Positions 38,639 to 47,322 are shown, counted from the stretch's first letter. The stretch: 63,783 bases of DNA from Cytophagales bacterium (GCA_038250265.1 JBBSCN010000001.1:1-63783), one strand, 5' to 3'. Translations and numbers: made by a program. Notes: generated by a model from the letters alone, not told the origin.

Positions 38639-39553
38639 TCATATATCCTTTCCCGAAGGAATCTCTGTAATGACAAATCGTACAGCTCGCTCAGTTGGCT
38701 CAATTGGCCTCCCAGACGCTGCAGCATGTACGAACGTGAACTGTGCACCTAGTAAAAAAATCACAGTTGAGTAGTAAACCCAAATTAAAAAGACTACGAA
38801 TGACCCCGCTGCACCGTACGCGGAATTAATACTGCTGTTGCCCAAGTATAACCCGATCAAGTACTTACCGATGGTAAATAAGAATGTGGTAATGAGGGCG
38901 CCTATCCACACATCACGCCAGCGAATTTTAGCATCTGGCAATACTTTGAACAGAAGCGCAAAGACAACGGTAATAATCCCCAGCGAAATTATAAGATTGA
39001 GGGCCACTAAAATAAAAGCAGAGATGCCTTCAAAATAATGTGCGATTACTTTTTGAAAAGCCATGAGAATGGTATCTACTATCAACGAAACCAATAGGAT
39101 AAAACCAAGACTTGCTACCATCGCAAAGGATAACAGTCGATTGACAATGTATCTCAGCCATTCCTTCTGTGGCTTTGGTTTAATGCCCCACATTTTATTG
39201 ATGCTGAATTGTAAGGATACAAAAACAGTGGTGGCGCTAAAAATCAGCGTTCCAATTCCTATCACACGAGCTAGTTTGCTACTCATCTCCATAGAAGCAT
39301 TGCTGAAAACTCTTTGTATCTCTAAGGTGCTTTGCTTACCTATCAAGGCTCCGACCTGATCAATCAATTGTTGCTGAACAGCCTTCTGTTCATAGAAGGC
39401 TGAACCAATGGAGAGGGCGATGAGAAGGATGGCCGGCAATGAGAAAATGGTGGAGAATGCTATGGACGCAGCGTATGAAAACGAGTCGCCATCAATAAAA
39501 GAGGAAACAGTCTTTTTGGTTAATGACCAAATATTTAGACAAATCTTGCGCAT
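38639..39553 (-). CDS. YihY/virulence factor BrkB family membrane protein
   Basis: AASIAF.TIFSLP, ATTVF.SLQ..IN..WG, YGAAGS.VV.L.WVYYS; start MRKICL at 39553. Confidence 0.93.
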   Translation of the reverse strand: MRKICLNIWSLTKKTVSSFIDGDSFSYAASIAFSTIFSLPAILLIALSIGSAFYEQKAVQQQLIDQVGALIGKQSTLEIQRVFSNASMEMSSKLARVIGIGTLIFSATTVFVSLQFSINKMWGIKPKPQKEWLRYIVNRLLSFAMVASLGFILLVSLIVDTILMAFQKVIAHYFEGISAFILVALNLIISLGIITVVFALLFKVLPDAKIRWRDVWIGALITTFLFTIGKYLIGLYLGNSSINSAYGAAGSFVVFLIWVYYSTVIFLLGAQFTFVHAAASGRPIEPTERAVRFVITEIPSGKDI

Positions 39554-39582
39554 GGGGTAAATTATTCTCGATTCCCACTTGA

Positions 39583-39597
39583 TCAATAAGCATACCT
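39583..39597 (-). promoter_or_regulatory. Candidate sigma54 promoter (AGGTA-TGCTTA-TTGA)
   Basis: About 30 nt upstream of the YihY start; twin of the 36552 motif. Confidence 0.5.
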
Positions 39598-39725
39598 AAG
39601 AAAATACGAGCATCTGTCAATGCCTTTGATCAGATAGGGAAACAATTCCTCATTCTGGTGTGGAAAAAAATACACACCTATCGGCAACGGTTGACGCGAA
39701 TCTGTTTCATAAACGGATAAATAAT

Positions 39726-39740
39726 TGGCATGAATATTAC
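39726..39740 (+). promoter_or_regulatory. Candidate sigma54 promoter (TGGCA-TGAATA-TTAC)
   Basis: Twin of the 34135 motif; palindrome GGTGTG-N10-CACACC at 39657-39678 lies between the divergent promoters. Confidence 0.65.
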
Positions 39741-39766
39741 TAAACCAGAAGTAAGATAAATCATTA

Positions 39767-40879
39767 ATGCCAGCAGCTTCACGCCCTTTTTACCAAAAGC
39801 TAAGTTTCAATCTACTTTCGATTAGTTTAATCTGCATCGGTTTATATTACGGCCGGGGTATCATCCTTCCCATACTTTTTTCAATATTATTGGCCACTCT
39901 TTTACTACCAAGTGTCAATTATATAGCGCGAAAGAGTATTCCCAAAGTGATCTCGATTTTTGTTCCGCTCATTTTATCCATCATTGTCGGAGGTGCCGTG
40001 TTATACTTTCTTTCTTCTCAAATCGTAAATTTTACCGAAGATATACCCGTAATTAAGCATCGTATAGATGAGGTGGGTAACTCAATTCAAAAATGGCTGA
40101 AAGCCACCACCCATATTACAATTCACAACCAGAACAAGTATATTAAAGACACAGTAGACAATCTTAAAGAAAACGCGCCACAACTAGCGGGGCAAACGGT
40201 AGGCTCGATAACCGGGATGATCACCTACCTAACACTCATTCCGATCTACACTTTTCTCATCCTCTACTATCGATCGGTTATTAAAAAATTTCTGGTCAAG
40301 GTATTTAAAAATGGATCGGAAGAAAGCGTAACCGAGATTCTTTCACAATCGACCACGATATCACAACAATATGTCGCTGGTTTAATGTTCGAAACCGTAT
40401 TGGTCTTCACATTAAACATGATCGGCTTTTTAATACTGGGAATAAAGTATGCAATATTTCTCGCTATTCTGGGTGCCTTACTGAATCTCATTCCCTATGT
40501 GGGCTTGGTCATCGCCAATATCCTCAGCATGTTCATCACACTCATAAGTTCTGAAAATATCAGTGATGTGGTGTGGGTGGGGATCATCCTTGCCATTGTT
40601 CAATTCATCGACAATAATATTGGAATGCCTTTAATCGTAGGTAACAAGGTGAAACTGAATGGCCTAGTCACTATTCTTGGAATTTTGATAGGTGGAAGTC
40701 TTTGTGGTATCTCAGGAATGTTTCTCGCCATTCCCGCGTTAGCGGTATCAAAAGTGATTTGCGACAGAGTGGCTGATTTAAAACCCTGGGGTGAATTGCT
40801 AGGCGATGGCTCGGAGAACAGCACACAAAAAAAGAAAAGTAAACTTTCAGAATTCATCGAGTCAAAAAAAACATCATAA
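39767..40879 (+). CDS. AI-2E family transporter
   Basis: Multi-TM protein; LN.IPYVG, Q.IDNN...P..VG, G..GMFLAIP. Confidence 0.92.
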   Translation: MPAASRPFYQKLSFNLLSISLICIGLYYGRGIILPILFSILLATLLLPSVNYIARKSIPKVISIFVPLILSIIVGGAVLYFLSSQIVNFTEDIPVIKHRIDEVGNSIQKWLKATTHITIHNQNKYIKDTVDNLKENAPQLAGQTVGSITGMITYLTLIPIYTFLILYYRSVIKKFLVKVFKNGSEESVTEILSQSTTISQQYVAGLMFETVLVFTLNMIGFLILGIKYAIFLAILGALLNLIPYVGLVIANILSMFITLISSENISDVVWVGIILAIVQFIDNNIGMPLIVGNKVKLNGLVTILGILIGGSLCGISGMFLAIPALAVSKVICDRVADLKPWGELLGDGSENSTQKKKSKLSEFIESKKTS

Positions 40880-40897
40880 ACCATAACAAAAAATAAT

Positions 40898-41164
40898 ATG
40901 AATAACACCTCAAAAATAGTTTTAGGATTGGCCGTAGCAGCTGCCGCAGGGGCAGCCATCGGTATGCTATTAGCACCAGAAAAAGGGACTGACTTACAGA
41001 AAAAAATCAAAGATGGTGCAAACGACTGGCTCACCGAATTTACCGCCTTACTCACCTTGGGTAGCCAAGCTGTGAGCCATTTTAAATCAAAATCAGAACA
41101 AAAATTGATTTCTATGAAAGAAGAACTTTCTAAACTGGCAGAACTAAACGAGCAACTACACTAG
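40898..41164 (+). CDS. YtxH-domain (general stress) protein
   Basis: GAAIGMLLAPEKG..L.KKI motif. Confidence 0.9.
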   Translation: MNNTSKIVLGLAVAAAAGAAIGMLLAPEKGTDLQKKIKDGANDWLTEFTALLTLGSQAVSHFKSKSEQKLISMKEELSKLAELNEQLH

Positions 41165-41167
41165 ATT

Positions 41168-41515
41168 ATGGAAGCAGAAAAAAATTCAGCTGAAAGATGG
41201 GTGGACGGTGCTGGCAATTTTGTGGAAACCTATCGTGAACTATTGACGGTGCGGATGGTGGAGCATGCCTCTTTGGGTGCATCAATTAGCGCATTAGGTA
41301 TCATCTCGTTAATTTTCTCTTTATGTATTTTACTTTTTGTAGGCTTAGGCTCAGCTTGGTGGATCGGAGAATCCATGAACAACACGAAAGCCGGGTTTTT
41401 TATTGTAGGTGGCGTTTATTTCGTATTACTCGCCATTGTGCTGGCAACAGCGAGAAAATTTATAATTCCATTAATCAGAAATCTAATCATCAAAAAAGTC
41501 TATGAACAAAATTAA
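41168..41515 (+). CDS. Phage-holin-like (YqjE-like) two-TM membrane protein
   Basis: VET..EL.....VE followed by two TM helices with GF.IVGG.Y; typical partner of YtxH. Confidence 0.75.
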   Translation: MEAEKNSAERWVDGAGNFVETYRELLTVRMVEHASLGASISALGIISLIFSLCILLFVGLGSAWWIGESMNNTKAGFFIVGGVYFVLLAIVLATARKFIIPLIRNLIIKKVYEQN

Positions 41516-41843
41516 CAACTACCAAGAACTGGTTGCCGAACGGATAAGACTGGAAGGAGAACTTCAGTTACAGAAAGCGGTTTTAACAACCGAAATGACT
41601 GCGATAAAAAACCAGCTCGAACCTCTTGTCGACTTTGTTTCAATTTTAGGTGTATTTAAGAAAAAAGAAAATGGTATTTCGCCTCTAATCAAAATAGGAG
41701 TGTCGTTAGGTATTGATCTGTTGAGTGGGAAACTATTAGCCCAATCAAATTGGTTAACGCGAGGAGTACTACCTAATCTTATAAAGGGTCTTGTAAATCG
41801 ATTTTCTTCACGAAAGTCTGACTATGACAAAGCGAGCACCTGA
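41502..41843 (+). CDS. Hypothetical protein
   Basis: Overlaps the previous gene; I..Y.EL..E..RLE N-terminus typical of these stress operons. Confidence 0.75.
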   Translation: MNKINNYQELVAERIRLEGELQLQKAVLTTEMTAIKNQLEPLVDFVSILGVFKKKENGISPLIKIGVSLGIDLLSGKLLAQSNWLTRGVLPNLIKGLVNRFSSRKSDYDKAST

Positions 41844-42554
41844 TAAAAAGATCACCATTTTTTTAGCCGACAAAAAATAATTAATTTATTATACTCCTGA
41901 TTTTTCAAACAGACTGCGGAAAAAAGAATTCACAACTTAAACTTGAAAGAGATGAATACACGTAACAAGCGCACAGCCTTATTCAAATCAAAAGTTTGTA
42001 CTGGCCTAACAGAATTGAAGAACGCATAAAAGAATTTACTAAACCAACTTCTACGCGAAGAGTTACGGTAGGGCAACAACAGAATGTAAAACTGAATTAC
42101 CGAAAATGCCGAGCCTACGTAAAGTTGAAATAGACACAACCACTCGTAATATTCTATTTCCGAAGTAAATGCCCATAAAAGATACTGGACAAAATGAATT
42201 CAACAAATTTGCAGCAATCGGTGAGGTGTCGCATGTAGAAGCGTAAGGTGGCGTATGAAACAGTAAGACAGCGGCTTGTGTCTGAGATTAATAAATTACT
42301 ACCAGCGAATGATAAAATTTCTCGCAATCTTTAAAAAAGAAGAGCGTAAACGGGATTTTATAAAATGGAGTAACCTCAAAAAAATTCCTGCAATAAAGTG
42401 GTGGTTAGAGAACATTCAAGAGTTTGTAATAAACATTCTGGCCAGAACAGAACTTCCACTTGTTAATCAGACCAAAGGTGTGATCTTTTTGAATTAATGC
42501 GCTGAAAATTAAGAGAGTGAACGAGTAGCCAAGCTATAACCTACTAATCTTTAG

Positions 42555-42627
42555 AGCGGGAAACGAGGCTCGAACTCGCGACCTACAGCTTGGGAAGCTG
42601 TCGCTCTACCAACTGAGCTACTCCCGC
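42555..42627 (-). tRNA. tRNA-Gly(CCC)
   Basis: GCGGGAGTAGCTCAGTTGGTAGAGCG, anticodon arm ACAGC-TTCCCAA-GCTGT, GTTCGAG T-loop; CCA not encoded. Confidence 0.97.
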
Positions 42628-42644
42628 TTTTTTTTTGGTCAATT

Positions 42645-42652
42645 CAAATTTA
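42645..42652 (-). promoter_or_regulatory. -7 promoter element (TAAATTTG) for tRNA-Gly
   Basis: TAnnTTTG 18 nt upstream of the tRNA. Confidence 0.7.
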
Positions 42653-42672
42653 CAGATTTTTAAAGAATTGCT

Positions 42673-42702
42673 AAAAAAAAACCCTGAGCTTTTTACTCAG
42701 GG
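42673..42702 (-). terminator. Intrinsic terminator after tRNA-Cys
   Basis: CCCTGAG/CTCAGGG stem followed by a T9 tract on the minus strand. Confidence 0.85.
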
Positions 42703-42710
42703 CTTTTAAG

Positions 42711-42781
42711 AGGTTCCGAGCGGATTCGAACCGCTGTAGGAGCTTTTGCAGAGCTCAGCCTAGCCACTCGGCCACGGAACC
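42711..42781 (-). tRNA. tRNA-Cys(GCA)
   Basis: GGTTCCGTGGCCGAGTGG, anticodon arm GAGCT-CTGCAAA-AGCTC, GGTTCGAATCC. Confidence 0.97.
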
Positions 42782-42791
42782 TTTTGTGTTA

Positions 42792-42799
42792 CAAAGCTA
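42792..42799 (-). promoter_or_regulatory. -7 promoter element (TAGCTTTG) for tRNA-Cys
   Basis: TAnnTTTG 11 nt upstream of the tRNA. Confidence 0.7.
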
Positions 42800-42823
42800 G
42801 AAAAACATGAGCGGATTACAACT

Positions 42824-42853
42824 AAAAAAAAGAAGGTGACTTTCGTCACCTTC
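42824..42853 (-). terminator. Intrinsic terminator of rpsA
   Basis: GAAGGTGAC-GAAA-GTCACCTTC stem followed by T8. Confidence 0.9.
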
Positions 42854-42872
42854 CTCTTCTAATTATCAAAGA

Positions 42873-44909
42873 CTATTTGCCTTCATCTTCTGATTTTGCT
42901 TTGGCAGCATTCATTTTTTCTTTGAGTGCATTCAATGCTTCGTTATCTCCCAATGTAGACTTCTCTACTTGTTGGTTGATATTATCAATAGTCTTACTCT
43001 TAGGAGCAGCAGCCTTCTTTGGAGCAGCAGCCGCCTTAGGCGCAGCCTCTTCAGTAGACCACATCGCCTTTAAGCTTAAGACAATACGTCTATCATCTTT
43101 GGAGAATTCCAAAACTTTGAAATCATAGGCTTCACCAGCTTCAATCTTGCCATTATCTTCTTTTGCCAGATTCTTGGCAGAGCAGAAACCTTCGATGCCG
43201 TAAGGCAATTCCAAGGAGGCACCTTTATCATTTTTGCTAATGACGGTACACTTGTGAACCGATCCCGTTGTGAAGATGTTTTCAAAAGTATCCCAAGGAT
43301 TTTCTTCCATGTGCTTATGACTAAGTGCTAATCTTCTGTTGGCAGAATCCAACTCTAACACTTGCACATCGATGCTCTCTCCTACTTTCGTAAATTCAGA
43401 AGGATGCTTGATCTTTTTAGTCCAACTCAAATCAGAAACGTGAACCAACCCATCAATGCCTTCTTCCAATTCGATGAACAACCCGAAGTTGGTTAGATTG
43501 CGAACGATACCTTTATGGCGGGTGCCCACGGCATACTTGCCCAAAATCTCTTGACGTGTCCAAGGATCTTCAGAAAGTTGCTTAATGCCCAATGACATCT
43601 TGCGCTCTTCGCGGTCAATCGTCAGAACAACAGCTTCCAACTCATCTCCGACTTTGATAAAGTCTTGCGGATTGCGCAAATGTTGAGACCAGCTCATTTC
43701 ACTTACGTGAATCAAACCTTCAACGCCTGGCTGTAACTCCAAGAACGCACCGTAATCAGCTACGTTTACAATCTTGCCTTTTACTTTAGAACCGATGACG
43801 ATCTCTGTATTCAACGATTCCCAAGGATGAGGCGTCAATTGCTTCATGCCCAACGAAATTCTTTTCTTTTCTCCATCGAAATCCAACACTACCACCTTCA
43901 CAGTTTGATCGAGTTTCAACAACTCTTCTGGATGGCTTACGCGGCCCCAAGAAATATCTGTGATATGCAATAATCCGTCTACACCACCCAAGTCGATGAA
44001 CACACCGAAGTTGGTCATATTCTTGATTACACCCTCGAGTACTTGTCCTTTCTCTAAGTTAGTAAGGATTACAGCCTTTTGCTGCTCCAGATCTTTTTCG
44101 ATCAACACTTTATGAGATACCACTACGTTGTCGTTGGTGTTGTTGATCTTCACCACTTTCACCTCTATTGATTTATTCACATAAATATCAAAGTCACGGA
44201 TGGGCTTCACATCAATTTGTGAGCCTGGTAAGAATGCTTCAATGCCAAACACGTCTACGATCAAACCACCTTTGGTTCTGCGTTTTACAAAGCCTTCAAT
44301 CACTTCGTCTTTATCCAGCGCGCGCTGCACATAATCCCATCCCTTTACCAACTTCGCCTTTCTGCGGGAAAGCACCAGTTGACCCATCGCATTTTCGCGC
44401 TCTTCGATGAACAAATCCACTACATCACCAATTTTCAAATTGGTCATGTCTTTGAATTCAGCCAATGGCACTAAACCATCTGATTTGAATCCGATATTTA
44501 AAATCACATCGCGGTCATTAATACCTACCACGGTGCCTTCTACTACTTCACTTTCATTCACCGAGGCTACGGTGCCTCCGTATAATTGATCCAGATTTTC
44601 GCGTTCGGTTTTTGAGTACCCTTCGCCAAAACCTTTGGTATCGAAGGCAGCCCAATCAAAGTTTTCCAACGAAACGTTAGAGTTAGTTTCGCGCCTTGCG
44701 GATACATCGCGCACCAAGCGACTGATACCTTCTTCCTCTGCAGCCTTCTGCTCAAGCTTCAATTCTGTCAGTTCATCCTTTTCGAAAAGGTCTCCTGCTG
44801 CTGCACCTTTAACGGCCTTTTTTACCGGGGCATCGCCTTCACTGGATTTGCTAACCCTTGGACGTGCATCCTCTGACTTTTCTGATTTTTCCTTTAACGC
44901 TTTTGCCAT
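42873..44909 (-). CDS. rpsA: 30S ribosomal protein bS1
   Basis: Repeated S1 domains (FGVFIDLGGVDGLLHITDISW, YGAFLEL.PGVEGLIHVSEMSW, FGLFIELEEGIDGLVHVSDLSW). Confidence 0.98.
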   Translation of the reverse strand: MAKALKEKSEKSEDARPRVSKSSEGDAPVKKAVKGAAAGDLFEKDELTELKLEQKAAEEEGISRLVRDVSARRETNSNVSLENFDWAAFDTKGFGEGYSKTERENLDQLYGGTVASVNESEVVEGTVVGINDRDVILNIGFKSDGLVPLAEFKDMTNLKIGDVVDLFIEERENAMGQLVLSRRKAKLVKGWDYVQRALDKDEVIEGFVKRRTKGGLIVDVFGIEAFLPGSQIDVKPIRDFDIYVNKSIEVKVVKINNTNDNVVVSHKVLIEKDLEQQKAVILTNLEKGQVLEGVIKNMTNFGVFIDLGGVDGLLHITDISWGRVSHPEELLKLDQTVKVVVLDFDGEKKRISLGMKQLTPHPWESLNTEIVIGSKVKGKIVNVADYGAFLELQPGVEGLIHVSEMSWSQHLRNPQDFIKVGDELEAVVLTIDREERKMSLGIKQLSEDPWTRQEILGKYAVGTRHKGIVRNLTNFGLFIELEEGIDGLVHVSDLSWTKKIKHPSEFTKVGESIDVQVLELDSANRRLALSHKHMEENPWDTFENIFTTGSVHKCTVISKNDKGASLELPYGIEGFCSAKNLAKEDNGKIEAGEAYDFKVLEFSKDDRRIVLSLKAMWSTEEAAPKAAAAPKKAAAPKSKTIDNINQQVEKSTLGDNEALNALKEKMNAAKAKSEDEGK

Positions 44910-44994
44910 AAATTAAATTGGCCCTTCGATACATGCAGCAACCAGGCCTTGATGCTACAAATTAGTTTGGTAATGCTGTCTCAAACCTATGAAA

Positions 44995-45028
44995 CAGCCC
45001 CACAGATAGCTGAGGGGCTGCAAAAGTA
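44995..45028 (-). promoter_or_regulatory. rpsA -7 promoter element (TACTTTTG, 45021-45028) abutting a GC-rich hairpin
   Basis: CAGCCCC-A-CAG/CTG-A-GGGGCTG stem at 44995-45020. Confidence 0.6.
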
Positions 45029-45071
45029 ACAATAAAGATTGAGAAGTGGCGTCTTTGGTTCGGAATATCAA

Positions 45072-46430
45072 TCAGGGCAAATCCTCTATTTTTAGTGTTC
45101 CTAAGGCATATTCTAATAGTATTTTTTGAAAAAGCAGCGTCACTTCTGCCTGGGCCTTGGAGCCTGCCCCTTGCACGTAAGCCTGATTGGCCTGCGCCAA
45201 CGCGACTTGGTTGGACGCCCCCAGTAGGTAACTCTCCTGCTGCACTTTCAGCGCGAGCTCTCCTGCTTGAAACTGCAATAGACTTGCCTGATAGGTATCG
45301 ATAGATGTTTGAAAATTTTTAAAACTTCGCTGCACATCAATTTTTACCGTCTTAAAAAGATTCTCCTTTGTTAGCTCAGCATTTTGCAGGTTCACTTTAG
45401 AGGAAATCCGATTCGTTCGAGTTTGAAGCCGATCGAAAATTGGAATGTTTAAATTCAATCCGTAAGACGTCTGAGGATTGTTTCTCACAAATTGATCTTG
45501 GAAAGAAGGAGGCGGTGGGCCGCCCGTTTTTTTGTAGCCATCGCTGGCAAAATAGGTAGATGCATAACCTGCAAAAAGAGAAAGCGTTGGATAGTACCCA
45601 GAGGTATTTGCCCGCATTGATCGCTTCCACCCATCTACCAAATAGACCTGCTGCTTTAGGTCGGCACGATTAACAAGGGCAATTGAATAAAGGCTGTCCA
45701 AAGATAAATTCTCAAAATAGCCCAAGTCTGTTTGCCAGTCTGGTGTTACCAAAATAAAGGGAACAGCCGGATCCAATTGCAAGGTTTGCGCTAAGGTAGC
45801 CCGATCGTTTTCCAATGTGATTCGCGCACGAAGCGCGATTACTTCTTGATTCTTTAAAAGCGCATTCTGCGTATATTGATCTGCTTCTGCCCTCGAACCT
45901 GCCTCGACAAAACCTTTAATCTGATCAAGGGTAACTTGCTGAACCTGCGTGTTTTCTTCGGCAATTCGCAACAACTCTTGATCGAGCAATACTTGTAGGT
46001 ATTGTGATGCCACGTTAAACATCACATCTTGATTGGTGCGCTTCACCAAGAAAGTTTGCGCCATCAAGTTTGAATTGCTTTGTTTGAGTGTATTGATACG
46101 ATTAAATCCATTGAAAATTGTATACGAGGCACTCACCTGACCAAAGATATTGTCTGCTTCAATATTGCTACCAACGCCTGTGGTAGGGTCAATCTGCAAA
46201 CCATTGGCTCGTTGAAAATTACCTTGCCCGTTTACGCTTGGCAGGTAGGCAGCGAGCCCTTGAAGTCGTCTCGCTTCATTGATGTAAAGATTATTTTTCT
46301 GGGTATTGAGCGATACGTTTTTTTCCAGTGCTATTTTAACAGCATCTTTAAAAGTTATGGTTGAATTGTCTTGGGCAACTAACCCAACCTGAAAAGACAT
46401 TGCTGTAAGTAAAATGATCAACTTCCTCAT
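45072..46430 (-). CDS. TolC family outer membrane efflux protein
   Basis: Signal peptide; AVKIALEKN, YLPSV, YYPTLSL and LNIPIFD OEP repeats. Confidence 0.92.
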   Translation of the reverse strand: MRKLIILLTAMSFQVGLVAQDNSTITFKDAVKIALEKNVSLNTQKNNLYINEARRLQGLAAYLPSVNGQGNFQRANGLQIDPTTGVGSNIEADNIFGQVSASYTIFNGFNRINTLKQSNSNLMAQTFLVKRTNQDVMFNVASQYLQVLLDQELLRIAEENTQVQQVTLDQIKGFVEAGSRAEADQYTQNALLKNQEVIALRARITLENDRATLAQTLQLDPAVPFILVTPDWQTDLGYFENLSLDSLYSIALVNRADLKQQVYLVDGWKRSMRANTSGYYPTLSLFAGYASTYFASDGYKKTGGPPPPSFQDQFVRNNPQTSYGLNLNIPIFDRLQTRTNRISSKVNLQNAELTKENLFKTVKIDVQRSFKNFQTSIDTYQASLLQFQAGELALKVQQESYLLGASNQVALAQANQAYVQGAGSKAQAEVTLLFQKILLEYALGTLKIEDLP

Positions 46431-46441
46431 TATTGTAAATT

Positions 46442-47119
46442 TTATTTTATCAATTCATCTGATTCAACAGCTCCATCCACTACTTTCACAATACGCTTTC
46501 CGCGCTTCGCGTTTTCTTCCGAATGAGTTACTTGAATGATAGTAATTCCTTCTTCATTCAGTTTTTGAAAAATATCCATGATTTGTTTGCCTTGATCGGA
46601 ATGCAAATTTCCCGTTGGCTCATCGGCTAATAATAATTTTGGCTCACCCACAATGGCACGGGCAATGCCCACCAACTGTTGCTGCCCACCTGATAATTGT
46701 TCCGGAAACAAATCTTTTTTGGCTACCATATTGAATCGATCCAACATTTCCGCCACCATGCTTTTGCGTTGGCTACCACTTACGCCTTTATAAAGTAAGG
46801 GCGTCTCGATATTTTCGTATACCGTTAGTTCGTCAATCAGGTGATAGGCCTGAAAAATAAAACCGATATAGTTCTTGTGCATTTCACTCTTCTGCTTCTC
46901 GCGCATTTTGTGCACGGGCTCATCGAAGAAATAGTATTCTCCTGCTGATGGCTCATCCAACATACCAATGATATTCATAAGAGAAGACTTGCCCGCCCCA
47001 CTGGGACCCATAATCGTTAGGAACTCTCCCTGCTTTACTTTCAACTCTACACCCTTCAAAATAAAAGTGCGTTGAAATCGAGAGTCGATATATTTGTCAA
47101 TGTTTTTTAGATGAATCAT
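46442..47119 (-). CDS. ABC transporter ATP-binding protein (MacB/LolD-like)
   Basis: GPSGAGKS, LSGGQQQ, LLADEPTGNL, VTH. Confidence 0.96.
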   Translation of the reverse strand: MIHLKNIDKYIDSRFQRTFILKGVELKVKQGEFLTIMGPSGAGKSSLMNIIGMLDEPSAGEYYFFDEPVHKMREKQKSEMHKNYIGFIFQAYHLIDELTVYENIETPLLYKGVSGSQRKSMVAEMLDRFNMVAKKDLFPEQLSGGQQQLVGIARAIVGEPKLLLADEPTGNLHSDQGKQIMDIFQKLNEEGITIIQVTHSEENAKRGKRIVKVVDGAVESDELIK

Positions 47120-47165
47120 GAATTGCGCTGGTTAGTGGTTTGGCCTTGGCTTGTCGCTTGCAATG

Positions 47166-47180
47166 GCTAATAATATGCCA
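47166..47180 (-). promoter_or_regulatory. Candidate sigma54 promoter (TGGCA-TATTAT-TAGC)
   Basis: -24/-12 spacing upstream of the ABC ATPase; palindrome at 47251-47270 further upstream. Confidence 0.55.
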
Positions 47181-47244
47181 AGGCAACTTTAGGTGTTTAG
47201 ACTGCTAAATACACGATTTTGTTGCGATTGATCGTTCGCTTGTG

Positions 47245-47270
47245 AAAAAAGGTGTCCGAAAACGGATACC
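47245..47270 (-). terminator. Palindrome GGTGTCCG-AAAA-CGGATACC (terminator of the OmpA-like gene and/or activator site)
   Basis: 8-bp imperfect stem followed by T6 on the minus strand. Confidence 0.55.
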
Positions 47271-47322
47271 TTATTGTCCTTTTTCCGTTTTTAATTCAAC
47301 ATGGAAAACAGGAAACCGGTAA

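Noticed and set aside
41168-41515. Holin-like gene as evidence of a prophage
   Set aside because: No endolysin or phage genes; this family is a normal YtxH operon partner
41926-41936. GAATTCACAAC resembles the end of Bacteroidota type II-C CRISPR repeats
   Set aside because: Single short match; no repeat-spacer periodicity and no cas genes in the window
26860-42580. Genomic island bounded by a tRNA-Gly att duplication
   Set aside because: Only a 7-nt GCGGGAA match was found near 26866, and there is no integrase
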